From positions 1 through 64,000 of the forward strand of contig CAVWLW010000061.1 of NCBI GenBank assembly GCA_963755715.1: a stretch of DNA of 64,000 nucleotides. Direction: 5' to 3'. The stretch's first letter is position 1. The number at the start of each line of letters is the position of its first letter. The DNA is from an uncultured delta proteobacterium (GTDB lineage: Bacteria > Desulfobacterota > Binatia > UBA9968). The notes beneath the pieces were generated by a model. It had not been told where the DNA came from, did no database searches, and saw nothing but the letters and a program-made list of their open reading frames with translations. The position numbers and the translations under genes were made by a program. Of the stretch, positions 1 to 10,605 are shown in pieces.

Positions 1-449
1 TAGTAGGATGAACAGGACCGACACGTGCACTTGATTTCGAGTTTTCCCCAGATCGTCTCCAAACGACTAACCGGAACTCAGACAAACAGAATTCGAAACT
101 CCAGCATCCGACACATGAACGAAGGATCACGATCCTCTGACGAGCCGCTTCGCCGGTAGCAATTCACGCATACCTCTAATTAGGGATTGATCCTTGGTGG
201 AATAGCAATCGTGCGTTAGCTTAGTGAGCTCTGCCTTCTTCTGTGTCCCTGATTGCTGGTCGTTGTCGATACGACTAGCACAAAACAGGCACAGCGAAAG
301 AATCCAGTCTCAGTGGATCGGCTCTCGGCTTGCAGACGACCTTGGCGGATAATAAGATGCGCAAAAGCCGTTCTGTATATTCCTGGTCAGGCGGCGTGCA
401 GTACCAAGGTGGGGATAATTCACATTTCGATGTGTTAAGGACGCTCAAC

Positions 450-1193
450 ATGAAAATACGATCTGTTGTAGCTACCGGTTTGCTGATTACTGTGGCATTC
501 GTCGCACATGCGGCCGACGAAGCACCCCATTGGGGATATGGCGGCGAACACGGACCCAAAAAGTGGGGCGATATGGAGGCTGGCTTTTCCGCATGCAAGC
601 TCGGCAAAGAGCAATCCCCCATCGACATTCGCAACGCGAAAAAGAGCGCCTTGCCTGCCCTTGATTTCAAGTACACGAAGAGCAGTGCTGAGGTTGTCAA
701 TAATGGACATACCATTCAGGTGAATCTTGTCGATGGTGGCGTGCTGAACTTAGACGGTGTCCCATACAGGCTTGTGCAATTCCACTTTCACGCGCCGAGC
801 GAGGAAAAGATTAACGGCAAGGCGTACCCAATGGAGGCTCATCTGGTGCACCAAAGTACCGAGGGAAAATTGGCGGTTGTTGCTGTGATGCTCACGGAGG
901 GAAGAGCCAATACTGCCCTCGGCCCCGTGTTTAAAAACCTACCACAAACTGAAGGCAGCAAGAAAACACTCGGCGCCAATCTCAGTGCCGCCGAGCTTCT
1001 ACCCGCCGCACACGGCTACTTTAGGTACATCGGCTCTCTAACCACGCCACCCTGTAGCGAGGGTGTTCGCTGGCAGGTGCTGAAGCAGCCGGTCGAAGTG
1101 TCAAAAGCCCAGATCGCAGCCTTTCGCAAGCTCTACAACATGAACGCGCGTCCTGTACAGCCTTTGAATGACCGCAAAATTGAAGAGAACTGA
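450..1193 (+). CDS. cah: Alpha-class carbonic anhydrase, secreted
   Basis: Signal peptide MKIRSVVATG..AHA; motifs QSPIDI, NNGHTIQV, QFHFH, EAHLVH, GSLTTPPC; start moved to ATG 450. Confidence 0.95.
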   Translation: MKIRSVVATGLLITVAFVAHAADEAPHWGYGGEHGPKKWGDMEAGFSACKLGKEQSPIDIRNAKKSALPALDFKYTKSSAEVVNNGHTIQVNLVDGGVLNLDGVPYRLVQFHFHAPSEEKINGKAYPMEAHLVHQSTEGKLAVVAVMLTEGRANTALGPVFKNLPQTEGSKKTLGANLSAAELLPAAHGYFRYIGSLTTPPCSEGVRWQVLKQPVEVSKAQIAAFRKLYNMNARPVQPLNDRKIEEN

Positions 1194-1200
1194 GCGGAGC

Positions 1201-1257
1201 GCCTAACCCTTCGTTCCAGTGGACCGCCTTCGGCTGCCACTGAACTTAACGTTAGAA
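1201..1257 (+). mobile_element. Integron attC site (57 bp)
   Basis: GCCTAAC (R'') 1201-1207 and GTTAGAA (R') 1251-1257; inner arms GTTCCAGTGG / CCACTGAAC pair with one extra base; central GCC-TTC-GGC hairpin; 7 nt after the cah stop. Confidence 0.88.
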
Positions 1258-1427
1258 ATCTCGGCTCGCTCATCTAACGGAAGGCGGAGGCGAATCGCAA
1301 CAATCAAACTTACCAGCCACGAGGATTAATGATTCTCGTAGCACGTGTAACCGGTCACGTCTGACAGAACGAATCGGGGCAAACTATAAAATCTGCGGCT
1401 ATATCGACAATGCGATGAAAGCGCTTC

Positions 1428-2123
1428 TCACTGTGCGCGAAAGACGATCGGCCCCATAAAGGATTCGGCCGTCGAGTGGGTGTCATTCGTGTCGATCGAA
1501 ATCGTAATGGCACCGGGATTATCGGGGAATTCGCCATAGATCTTCGCATAATCTTCGACGACGTTGCGACGTTCCGTAAGCCACTTACCGAGATCTCCCG
1601 AGCCGGACCGCATCACCACAAACGTGACCGTCCCGGTCTTCTGGCTCTGCACAATCGTTGTGACCGGAGTCGTCGCATCCCAGACATATCCAATGGTCCG
1701 CGAGCGAAGGAGTTCGGGAAACCGCGGCCATACGACGTAGAGTTGGGCTGCCATATCCGTGGTTTCTTTCCGCCGTAAGTCGCCGCCCGTCGGGAGAATG
1801 GTCGCCTTCCAGGTCCATTCCAGAATCGGGGTTTCTTTCAAGTTCACTTTGCCTGTGATGTCTCTTGCGATGGTCGAATGCTCGTCTCGACTCTGTAGGT
1901 GGATAACCCGCCTGCCGTCGCCTTGCTCGATCGTGAAATCGTAATCGGCACGCTGTCCAAAGGCTTCGCCCTTCCAGCCCGAAGGAATTCCTTTTCGGCT
2001 CACCGCCTGGGCCAACCAGTCCTCAATCACGACGACGCGATCGGCGCCCGCTGCCGTTAGAAGGAAAACCGCGAACAGCAAACCGACCCATTTACTGGCG
2101 ATCAGTAGGTCACCCTTATTCAT
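1428..2123 (-). CDS. DUF3047 domain periplasmic protein
   Basis: Signal peptide; LEWTWK, D.AA..YV, IGYVW, W.TERRNV.EDY, DT.DT pattern. Confidence 0.8.
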   Translation of the reverse strand: MNKGDLLIASKWVGLLFAVFLLTAAGADRVVVIEDWLAQAVSRKGIPSGWKGEAFGQRADYDFTIEQGDGRRVIHLQSRDEHSTIARDITGKVNLKETPILEWTWKATILPTGGDLRRKETTDMAAQLYVVWPRFPELLRSRTIGYVWDATTPVTTIVQSQKTGTVTFVVMRSGSGDLGKWLTERRNVVEDYAKIYGEFPDNPGAITISIDTNDTHSTAESFMGPIVFRAQ

Positions 2124-2215
2124 ATCGAACTGTCGAATGATCCACCACGGAGTGGCTTGCCGCACCTACTTGAGAGCTCGGCCCTATGAGCCGTCAGGCA
2201 ACCGACCGCTTTCAA

Positions 2216-2818
2216 CTAATGGCCGGATGCCTTAGCGTGCAGGGTTTGAATCAGTTCCTCCAACGAGGCCCTGTGAAGAATTCTCGCGAACTGAGACCGA
2301 TAATTTCCAACAAGGCTGACGTCATCGATAACCGCATCGTAGACCATCCACTGTCCATCCGTGAGATGGAGCTTGTATTCGATTTTGATCGGATTCCCCT
2401 CGCCGCCAACAACCCGCGTGTCGACTTCCGCCGATTCTCCATCCGACCGGTCGCGGTCATAAACTATTTTTTCACCTCGGTAAGAACCGAGGGTGCTCAT
2501 ATAGGAGTGTTCGACAAAGTCAGTGAACACCGATACAAATTCTTTCTGCTTGCCCTTCAGATCATTCCACCGAGTCCCGAGCGATTCCTTCGCCATTGCC
2601 GCAAAATCAAAGCGGACCAGAAGGATCTCCCGCAGAGAATTCCTGTTTCTCTCAATGTCTTCGGGGCTTCGGATGGTCCGGAGAACTTCGATGACGCGAT
2701 CCATGCTACCTTGAAGTTGCTCCTTCGCGGTCTCGGCCGCAGCGTTTGGGGCAAACATCAGAAAGAGCATCGATACAATCAACGCGAAATTTAAGTATCT
2801 GTGCTCAGGCGACATCAT
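2216..2818 (-). CDS. MlaC/Ttg2D-family phospholipid-binding protein
   Basis: FDF..MAK..LG..W and W.VYD..IDDVSLV.NYRSQF motifs; signal peptide. Confidence 0.85.
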   Translation of the reverse strand: MMSPEHRYLNFALIVSMLFLMFAPNAAAETAKEQLQGSMDRVIEVLRTIRSPEDIERNRNSLREILLVRFDFAAMAKESLGTRWNDLKGKQKEFVSVFTDFVEHSYMSTLGSYRGEKIVYDRDRSDGESAEVDTRVVGGEGNPIKIEYKLHLTDGQWMVYDAVIDDVSLVGNYRSQFARILHRASLEELIQTLHAKASGH

Positions 2819-2991
2819 TAATTCTCTTTTATGCCAGCTAGAGTAAACAGCGATTGCGGGTTTCCGGTTTGCGTCCAACAACCGGCGGCTCAATCCGAGA
2901 CGCTGATGGTGGCCGCCGGCTTTCGGAAAACCGCATCTAGCTTTATTTCAGCCGCCGTGCATTGTCCTAATTGACTGTGCGCGTGCTGGGG

Positions 2992-3260
2992 TTATTGCGC
3001 AGCTTTGACCTGTGTACCGTCTTCAGTAAAATACGCGTCAAGCTCTTTTCCTTCCTTCTCATACTCGACTTCGTAAGTCACTTTGCCGTTGCGCTCTATT
3101 TTCTCGATTGACTTAATTTTGCTACCAGTCGTCACCTTTTCAATGGCGGCTCTCACGGGTGCCGGTACCTGCGTAATAGTGACGACCGTTTCTTTTTTGC
3201 CAAACATCCCACAACTGATTGTGACTGAACTAACTAGCAGCGCGATAAGAATGCTCTTGC
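2992..3260 (-). CDS. PepSY-like small lipoprotein (start codon missing or disrupted)
   Basis: VPAPVRAAI..IEKIE..YEVE..F.EDG; the in-frame upstream codons read KSILIALLVSSVTISC (lipobox-like) but are preceded by a stop. Confidence 0.65.
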
Positions 3261-5100
3261 CTCAATTGAATTTCACCACAGCAGTGTCGCCCACCTGTAG
3301 GAGCGATTCTGCTGGTGCGTGCGAGCAGCTTCTCCAACCGGGGCAGGTTTCGGCTATTTATAAATACTACGAATGAATGCTTTGACCCTTTCGACTGCTC
3401 CGCGAATTCTTCATAGCTGTACAACACCTTCCCGTATCCCGGCGCAGGCTCGGGTCGTTTCAGCGCCACATAATCGCTGCCTAACACGGTGCTTTTGTTA
3501 CCCGACCAAACCACCCGGATCGGTCTCTGGATATCGAGATAAAACGGCAGACTTGAGAAATAACAATCATAGAGAACGAGCTGATCTTCTGCTCCAACTA
3601 GGTGCGCCGCTTTTTGGGCCAGCTGGTCGGAAGAGCGATTCGTCGCCACTGCGGCAGTAATCGGCGCCGACGCCAGGACCAACAGCGCAAAGCTCAAAGC
3701 CGTAACCGGATAGAGGCAGACTTGCTGTCGCAAATATCCCCAACGCGCGGATAATAGAATTAATATCGAAAGGATGACCAGACCCGTAACCAGCGACACG
3801 GGCGGGACGGGGAAAGCAGCATGCACATAGGCTTGAAGACCGATGGGCAAGAAATCAGATCGGAGTGCTACCATCGTTACGACGAAGGACAAGAGAAAAA
3901 AAACAAAGGCCGGAAACATTGGCAGCAGCCGCCGAGACGTTGGCGTGGAGTCTTCCCATATACCGGCAACACTTGCGCCCACGATGATCGCCAACGGCGG
4001 ATAGATCGGTAGAATGTAGTGCGGCATTTTGGCTAACGACAGCGAGAAAAAAATGAGCGGCAGCCCCGCCCATAAGAGGAGAAACAATCGCCTGTCGTCG
4101 AATTGGCGCTTCCAGAAACCGACCAATGCCCCCGGCAAGAGCGCCGTCCACGGGAAAAACCCGATGGGCAAAATCAAAAGAAAAAAGTACCAGGGTTGGT
4201 TCCGGTTGAAGCGCATGGTTGCGAAACGGGCGAGGTTTTCTTCCCAGAAGAAGTGACGAAGAAATCCCGGATTGCTGGATTCAGCCATCAGATACCAGGG
4301 CACGGCCGTGAGCACGAAGAGCGCCAGCCCCCAAGGCAAATTTAGTTTACGCAGAAGCGCCCATGCGCTTCGTAAGAACTTCCCAGAAGGAGTGACGAAG
4401 ATATCCCGGATTGCGCGATTCAGCCGTCACAGACCCGGGCACGGCCGTGAGCATGAAGAGCGCCAGTCCCAAAGGCAAATTCAGTCTACGTAGAAGCGCC
4501 CAGCGTTTCGTAAGAAATCGATAGAAAAAAATCACCGCTGCCGGAAGAAGGAAACCGATCGGCCCTTTGACGAGGGTCGCCGCGCCCAGCGCAACATACA
4601 TGACTGAAAAATAAAGTCTTCTTTTCCCGGCCAGGACTTCGCGCTGTCCCCAAAAAAAAGTGCAGAGCGCGAGCGTGAAGAAGAAAGTGAGCAGCATGTC
4701 CAAAATTACGATGCGGGAAAAAGCAAAAAACTCGATGCTGGTCAGCAGAACGAGAACGCTCCAGAGCGCGGCCCAACGGCCAAACATTGCGCGAGCGAGC
4801 GCATAGGTAACGGATAGACAAGCAAACGCCGCCAAAGCGGACGGGAGGCGCGCTGACCATTCAGAAAGACCAAACAGGCGAAACGACAGAGCCACCAGCC
4901 AAAAATAGCTGATCGGCTTGTCGAGGCGCGGGATGAAGTCGTAGTGCGGCGTCACCCAGTCCTTGAGTAATAGAATTTCTCTGGCGATTTCGGCGTTTCT
5001 CCCCTCATCGGGTTCGAACAGCACGGCAGTTCCCAAGTGGGAGAATAGGACGCACAGACAAAAAATAATTAAACCGAGGGTCCAATAGCTCGCCGGATTG
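3230..5100 (-). pseudogene. ArnT/GT39-83 family glycosyltransferase, split by an internal duplication
   Basis: EPDEGRNAEIARE, DKP, ARLPSA, KGP motifs in ORF 4347-5036; continues in ORF 3230-4339 (QPWYF, K.PHYILP). Confidence 0.85.
4241..4519. repeat. Imperfect tandem duplication, period about 139 bp, inside the ArnT-like gene
   Basis: ttcccagaag..gtgacgaag..ggcacggccgtgagca..cgtaagaa occurs at 4241 and again at 4380. Confidence 0.9.
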
Positions 5101-5313
5101 GTGACGTTATCGGGGACTGAGCCGGTAGCCGCGCCGGTTCAGAAAACGCGGGAGAAGATCACCACGCGCGCATCTTAACCTGTAACGAAACGCCATTTTT
5201 GTTCCGTCTGCTCCACTCACGCACAAATCTCCGCGACACAAGATGCATTGTTAAAGTTTTACGCTGCACCCGCCGCGAAGTAACGCCAAAGCGTTGCCCA
5301 GAGCTCTCACGAA

Positions 5314-5330
5314 GATTACATTTTTGAAGG
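5314..5330. promoter_or_regulatory. Putative CopR/CusR-type response regulator box
   Basis: GATTACATTTTTGAAGG, 14/17 identical to 7642-7658; upstream of the ArnT-like operon. Confidence 0.5.
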
Positions 5331-5348
5331 GTTTGAGCCGTGGCTCGA

Positions 5349-6746
5349 TTACGCCGCGCGGCTAAGCGGCAAATAGAGCGCGAAGACGGAGCCTCCGGCA
5401 GGATTGGGAGAGGCTTCGACCTGGCCTTGATGCGCTTGGACGACCGCTTTGACCAGACTCAGGCCGAGGCCGAGACCCCGCTGCGAGCGGCTTTTATCGC
5501 CGCGGAAAAGCCGATCCCAAATTCGCGGCAATTCATCGGGCGGTATGCCGATACCCGTGTCTCGGACAATCACAACCGCTTGTTCATCTTTTTGAAACGC
5601 TTCGATCTCCACGCGTCCACCGCCGGCGGTGTACTTGATTGCGTTATCGACGAGATTGGCGATGACTTGCCGTAGCCGCCCGCGGTCGCCGCGCAAATAA
5701 AGATGGGTCGGCGCCCGCGTCGACAGCGCAACGGATTTGTCTTCGGCGACGTATTCGTAAAGCTCCACTACCTCTTCGACCAGCGCCGATAAATTTACAT
5801 CGTCGATCGAAAGCTTTGTCGTTCCCGTTTCCGCTTCGGATATATCCATCAGCGTGTTGAGCATGGTGACAACCCGCTCGGATTCTTCCAAACAGTCCGC
5901 CAGCGCTTCGCGCATGGCCCCCTCGCCCGCCTCGGACCTGAGCGCTTGCTCGGCCATGCCGCGAAGGCGAGTCACAGGCGTGCGCAGATCGTGCGCGACG
6001 TTGTCCAGGGCGTTTTTCATGCCGGCAATCAAAGCTTCGATCTTCGCCAACATCTGGTTGAATAGAACGACCAGCTCATTGAGCTCGTCACCCGCCTCAT
6101 TGGCGGGAACCCGAGCGTCGAAGCGGCCGGTATCGACGATCGATCGCGTCACCGTGCTGAGATTACGGATCGGCCGCAAGGCGCGAAAAGCCAAAAATGT
6201 CCCGCCGGCCACGCCGATGAGAACCATGGGGATGATCGTCGCCAGCAGCGTTTCGCGAAAACGTTCCAGCACTTCTTCGCGATCCGGGATGCTCTTACCC
6301 ACTTGCAACAATTTTTTGTCTGTGAGTCGGACCGAGGCGACCTCCAACAGGCCGCCGTCTTTTCTGGAAGTGTAGTAATGCCAACGACCCTCAGCTTCGT
6401 TTGGTGCCCGCGCGAAATCGAACTTCTCCCAGAGCCATGGATGGCTCAGCAGCAGAGTGGCGTTATTCGCATCGACGATCCGAACGAAAAACGTGCTGCG
6501 CCGGCTGGGAGCGCGCTGCTGCTGAATGACGCTTTCGAGCGCGCCGATGCCGCGGCTCTCGACCAACGACTGGTACTTTGATAAGTGCGCTTCGATCGCG
6601 CTCCGATTGTCGCGCACGGTGGAAAACACAAATAGATAAGAGACGATGAGAAGCGTCAGCGAGCTCAAAATGAAAATCGCGGAGTACCAGAAGGTGAGCC
6701 GGAAAGCGAGAGTTTTGTGCAGGCGATTAAAAAATCTTGAGGGCAT
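5349..6746 (-). CDS. Sensor histidine kinase (HAMP-HisKA-HATPase), CusS/CzcS-like
   Basis: AHDLRTP, NLVDNAIKY, DTGIGI, GLGLGLS; two TM segments. Confidence 0.95.
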   Translation of the reverse strand: MPSRFFNRLHKTLAFRLTFWYSAIFILSSLTLLIVSYLFVFSTVRDNRSAIEAHLSKYQSLVESRGIGALESVIQQQRAPSRRSTFFVRIVDANNATLLLSHPWLWEKFDFARAPNEAEGRWHYYTSRKDGGLLEVASVRLTDKKLLQVGKSIPDREEVLERFRETLLATIIPMVLIGVAGGTFLAFRALRPIRNLSTVTRSIVDTGRFDARVPANEAGDELNELVVLFNQMLAKIEALIAGMKNALDNVAHDLRTPVTRLRGMAEQALRSEAGEGAMREALADCLEESERVVTMLNTLMDISEAETGTTKLSIDDVNLSALVEEVVELYEYVAEDKSVALSTRAPTHLYLRGDRGRLRQVIANLVDNAIKYTAGGGRVEIEAFQKDEQAVVIVRDTGIGIPPDELPRIWDRLFRGDKSRSQRGLGLGLSLVKAVVQAHQGQVEASPNPAGGSVFALYLPLSRAA

Positions 6747-7401
6747 AGCCCACTCCCCGGTGGGTCTGAATCAGTTTTTTCTCGAAGTCGCGGTCCACCT
6801 TGTGGCGCAACCGGGAAACCAGCACGTCGACGATATTGGTCAGCGGATCGAAGTCGTAACCCCAGACGTGTTCGATGATCATGGTCTTCGAAACGACTCT
6901 ACCGGGGTTGCGCATCAAGTATTCCAAAAGCCTAAACTCGCGCGGCTGCAGATCGAGCTTGGTCTCGCCCCGCTTCACCTCGCGCGTTAACAAATCCATC
7001 GACAAACCGCCCGCTTCAAGCCGGGTCGGCTCGGGTTCACGGCTCGATCGGCGAATCAGCGCCTGCACGCGCGCCAGAAGCTCGCTGAAGGAAAACGGCT
7101 TGGTCAAATAATCATCGCCGCCGGTCTGGAGTCCTTTGACCCGATCATCGACGGAACGCTTGGCGCTCAATATCAAAACGGGCGTAAAAATTTTCTCCGT
7201 CCGCAAGCGCTCGATGATGCTGAGCCCGTCAAGCTTCGGCAGCATCACATCGATCACCGCTGCGTCATACGGCGCCTTCAGGGCCATTCTTAGACCGTCC
7301 TCGCCATTGTCGGCGCAGTCGACGGCGAACCCCGCTTCCTTTAAGCCTTTGACCACAAACGAGGTGATTTTCTTGTCATCTTCTACAACGAGGATCCGCA
7401 T
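6727..7401 (-). CDS. OmpR-family response regulator, CusR-like
   Basis: MRILVVEDD, DVMLP, GDDYLTKPF, C-terminal THRGVGY. Confidence 0.95.
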   Translation of the reverse strand: MRILVVEDDKKITSFVVKGLKEAGFAVDCADNGEDGLRMALKAPYDAAVIDVMLPKLDGLSIIERLRTEKIFTPVLILSAKRSVDDRVKGLQTGGDDYLTKPFSFSELLARVQALIRRSSREPEPTRLEAGGLSMDLLTREVKRGETKLDLQPREFRLLEYLMRNPGRVVSKTMIIEHVWGYDFDPLTNIVDVLVSRLRHKVDRDFEKKLIQTHRGVGYALKIF

Positions 7402-7641
7402 TGGAAAACCGCCGACTCTGTTGTTGCTTAAAAGTTACCCTTAAAGACGCAGCGAACTCAACTGGGACCAAGCGGAACATTCATCGCCAGAGTAAACAGA
7501 TTTAACAAGCTCGTTGCTCTTTGAGCAAGCGTCGCTCCCTAAGAGATCGCTCCATCGCACTAAGTTTCGATCGATGCCCTTTCGAAAACTTGTCCTTCTT
7601 GCCCCTATGGCCCAACGAATCCCGCCGAAACATTTCGCCAG

Positions 7642-7658
7642 GATTACAATTATGAAAG
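7642..7658. promoter_or_regulatory. Putative CopR/CusR-type response regulator box
   Basis: GATTACAATTATGAAAG between the divergent regulator and DUF347 genes. Confidence 0.5.
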
Positions 7659-7782
7659 GCGGGAGAAAGGCGCAGATTTGCGATCGAAATCGAGTTACAT
7701 GTATCGGATGCCGAGGCCGTCCAGCCAGTCCGGCACTCCAGGACACCTGAATGAACAGCGCTGGCAAGAAAAGGATCGCCGC

Positions 7783-8541
7783 ATGAGCGACACTCTCGAA
7801 CGCACCGTGAGCAAGGTTCCAGAAGTTACTTTGGTCTTCTGGATCATCAAAATCGCTGCTACGACACTGGGTGAAACCGGTGGCGACGCAGTGTCCATGT
7901 CGATGAACCTGGGCTATCTTGTTGCAACGGCAATTTTCGCAGCAATCTTTTTAGTCGCTGTAGTTGCTCAAATCAGGGCAAAGGGCTTTCACCCATTCCT
8001 CTACTGGGCAACGATCATTGCAACAACAACAGTCGGGACAACCTTGGCGGATTTCGCGGACCGCTCTCTTGGGGTCGGTTATGCTGGGGGATCCTCGCTA
8101 TTGTTTGCCCTGCTGATGGCATCTTTGGCCATCTGGTATCGGTCACTTGGCACGATATCGGTCGATACCGTCAGTTCTCCAAAGGCCGAGATGTTCTACT
8201 GGGTGACGATCATGTTTTCCCAAACCTTAGGCACGGCGCTGGGCGATTGGACGGCTGACACGGCTGGCCTTGGCTATGGGGGAGGTGCGATCGTATTCGG
8301 CGCTCTGCTGGCGCTCATTGTTGCGGCGTACTACTGGACAAACATATCGCGCACTTTACTTTTTTGGAGTGCGTTTATACTCACGCGTCCTCTCGGTGCT
8401 GTAGTCGGCGATTTTCTTGACAAGCCTCGCAGCGCCGGCGGGTTGGCATTCAGTCGCTATTCTGCATCGGCAGTTCTCCTTGCGTTTATGCTGGCTAGCA
8501 TCTTGATGTTTCAGCAAAAGGCGGCAAAACAAACCCATTGA
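7783..8541 (+). CDS. COG4705/DUF347 repeat membrane protein
   Basis: SKVPEVTLVFWIIKIAATTLGETGGD; repeated YW..I..T..GT..D; FW.AFILTRPLGA. Confidence 0.88.
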   Translation: MSDTLERTVSKVPEVTLVFWIIKIAATTLGETGGDAVSMSMNLGYLVATAIFAAIFLVAVVAQIRAKGFHPFLYWATIIATTTVGTTLADFADRSLGVGYAGGSSLLFALLMASLAIWYRSLGTISVDTVSSPKAEMFYWVTIMFSQTLGTALGDWTADTAGLGYGGGAIVFGALLALIVAAYYWTNISRTLLFWSAFILTRPLGAVVGDFLDKPRSAGGLAFSRYSASAVLLAFMLASILMFQQKAAKQTH

Positions 8542-9516
8542 TCATTTTTTGCCCAACACATCCGGATTCAGCACGTGGTTGGGTTTGCCGGCCGCGAAAG
8601 CGACGATATCATCGACCACCACCGCGTAATATTCCTCGTAGCTTTCGCGCGTGACGTAACCCAAATGGGGCGTGCAGGTTACATTGTCCATCTTGAGCAG
8701 CGGATGATCGGCGCCGAGCACCGGCTCTTGGTCGTAAACATCGACCGCCGCTCTCCCCGGCCGGCCCGCTTTAAGCGCCTCTTCCAGCGCGCCCTTCGCG
8801 ATCAGGCCGGAGCGACTCGGGTTTACCAACAACGCCGTCGGTTTCATGCGCGCCAGATCGTCGCGCGTGACGATGCCGCGCGTGTCTTTGTTAAGCGGCA
8901 AATGCAGGCTGATGATATCGCACTCGGCGAAAAACTCCTCGCGGCTCTTGGCGACATCAAAACCAGCCGCTTTGGCGCGGCCGGTGGATCCTTCGCGCCC
9001 CCAACAGACGACGCGCGCGCCGAATGCTTTGCCCACTCCCGCCACGATGCTGCCGATTTTTCCGTAAGCGTAGATGCCAAGCGTCTTGCCGTTCACGCCG
9101 ATGCCGAGCGTCGATTGCCAACGGCCCTCTTTGAGCCGCTTTACTTCGAACGGTAAATTTCTGAGCGCGCTAAGTATCAATCCCCAAGTCAGCTCGGCGG
9201 TCGCGTTGGAATTGCCCGAGCCGCCCGCCGAGACGACGACCCCTCTATCCGTGCAAGCTTCCAAATCGACATGGCTTGCCGCCCGTCCGGTCTGGCCGAT
9301 CAATTTCAGTTTCGGCAACTTCTCGATCAGCGCCCGCGGAAACGCTGTGCGCTGCTGGGTGAGTATCACCGCATCGGCGTCTTTCAATCTCTCGGCAATT
9401 TTTTCCACGTTCGTTTCCGGCTCCGTGTAAATCACCACCTCGTGGCCGGCGAGCTTTGGATAGCACTTCAACGTCTTGAAAGCATTCTGGTAATCATCGA
9501 TGACGGCGATCTTCAT
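8542..9516 (-). CDS. D-2-hydroxyacid dehydrogenase family (SerA-like)
   Basis: MKIAVIDDYQ, GKIG, LVNPSRSGLI, VDVYDQEP, TPHLGYVT. Confidence 0.93.
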   Translation of the reverse strand: MKIAVIDDYQNAFKTLKCYPKLAGHEVVIYTEPETNVEKIAERLKDADAVILTQQRTAFPRALIEKLPKLKLIGQTGRAASHVDLEACTDRGVVVSAGGSGNSNATAELTWGLILSALRNLPFEVKRLKEGRWQSTLGIGVNGKTLGIYAYGKIGSIVAGVGKAFGARVVCWGREGSTGRAKAAGFDVAKSREEFFAECDIISLHLPLNKDTRGIVTRDDLARMKPTALLVNPSRSGLIAKGALEEALKAGRPGRAAVDVYDQEPVLGADHPLLKMDNVTCTPHLGYVTRESYEEYYAVVVDDIVAFAAGKPNHVLNPDVLGKK

Positions 9517-9643
9517 TAATCCTGCTCCTCCTCAGATTGACTTCGTGTTCTTCGCGCCCTTCGTGGTGGAAAACTTCTCGCGGTCTTTGCGAATCCTGTC
9601 ATTTCGAGCCCAGCGAGAAATCCTTCTTCGCATCCTTCCGCCT

Positions 9644-10554
9644 CTAATTTTTCAACTGAGCGACATAATCGCGTAGTCCCGCCTCTAACTTATATTCCGG
9701 ATTGAACCCAAGCTCTTCGCGCGCCCGCGAGATGTCCATCCGCGGCCGCGCCGGGGTCAGTTTACCTCGGCTCATTTTTACGTCCGGGAAGATTTTGCCG
9801 AGCGCGGCTTCGATGTCCTCAACCGTGGTGAGGGTTCCGCTGCCGAGATTGTATATTTGGTGCGGCAGCGGCGACGTATGGACGGCGAGAGCAATCCCGT
9901 TGGCTAAGATCCTTGGCATAGATGAAATCGACACTCTCATAGACATTGAGCGTCACCGCCTTTCCTGCCATCGCATCCCATACCGCCTGCTGCACGGCAA
10001 CTCCAGGGCCGCCGGCAACGGAATGGTAGCCGTACACACCCGCGAAGCGCAGCAACGCCAACTCGAGTTTGTGTTTTGCAGCGTACGTTCGCAGCACATG
10101 TTCGCAGCCCAATTTCGATGCGTTATAGACTCGCTCTCGACAGTCGATCGGCGAATCTTCATGAAGCAACTCATTCGGATCTTCGCCGACGTAGAGCGCC
10201 TGCGTGCTCGCGTGAACCAACCGGCCCACGCCGGTGAGCCGCGCCGCCTCGGCGACGTTGATGGCGGCGACGAGATTTATCTGAAAGCCGGCGTAGACGT
10301 TGTTGATGTTCGCTTCGCCTACCGACGCCGCTAGATGAATCACGCACTCGGGCCGGACTTGTTGAAACGCATCGACCAGCGCCGCCAGATCGCGGATATC
10401 GCCGCGAATCACCGGCAAGTCTCTGCCCGTGACATGCCGGATATAATCGGGTCTGGGGCGCGAAATCGAAAAACGTTACTTCATCGCCGCGCTCGATCAA
10501 CTCTTTGGCCGTGTGCGTGCCAATCAAGCCCGCTCCTGTAATCAGAACTCGCAT
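9644..10554 (-). pseudogene. NAD-dependent epimerase/dehydratase, two frameshifts
   Basis: MRVLITGAGLIG (ORF 10171-10554), Y..SK (ORF 9819-10418), C-terminal [18 protein letters not shown] (ORF 9644-9946). Confidence 0.85.
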
Positions 10555-10605
10555 CGAATTCCCCTAGATGAATCGCCTGGAAACTTGTACCTTTTGAACG
10601 GTTAA

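Noticed and set aside
61-225. GACTAAC ... GTTAGCT as an upstream attC
   Set aside because: The inner sequence shows no convincing fold-back
1251-1340. ATCTAAC at about 1272 as the start of a second attC
   Set aside because: No complementary L boxes or downstream GTTRRRY could be paired
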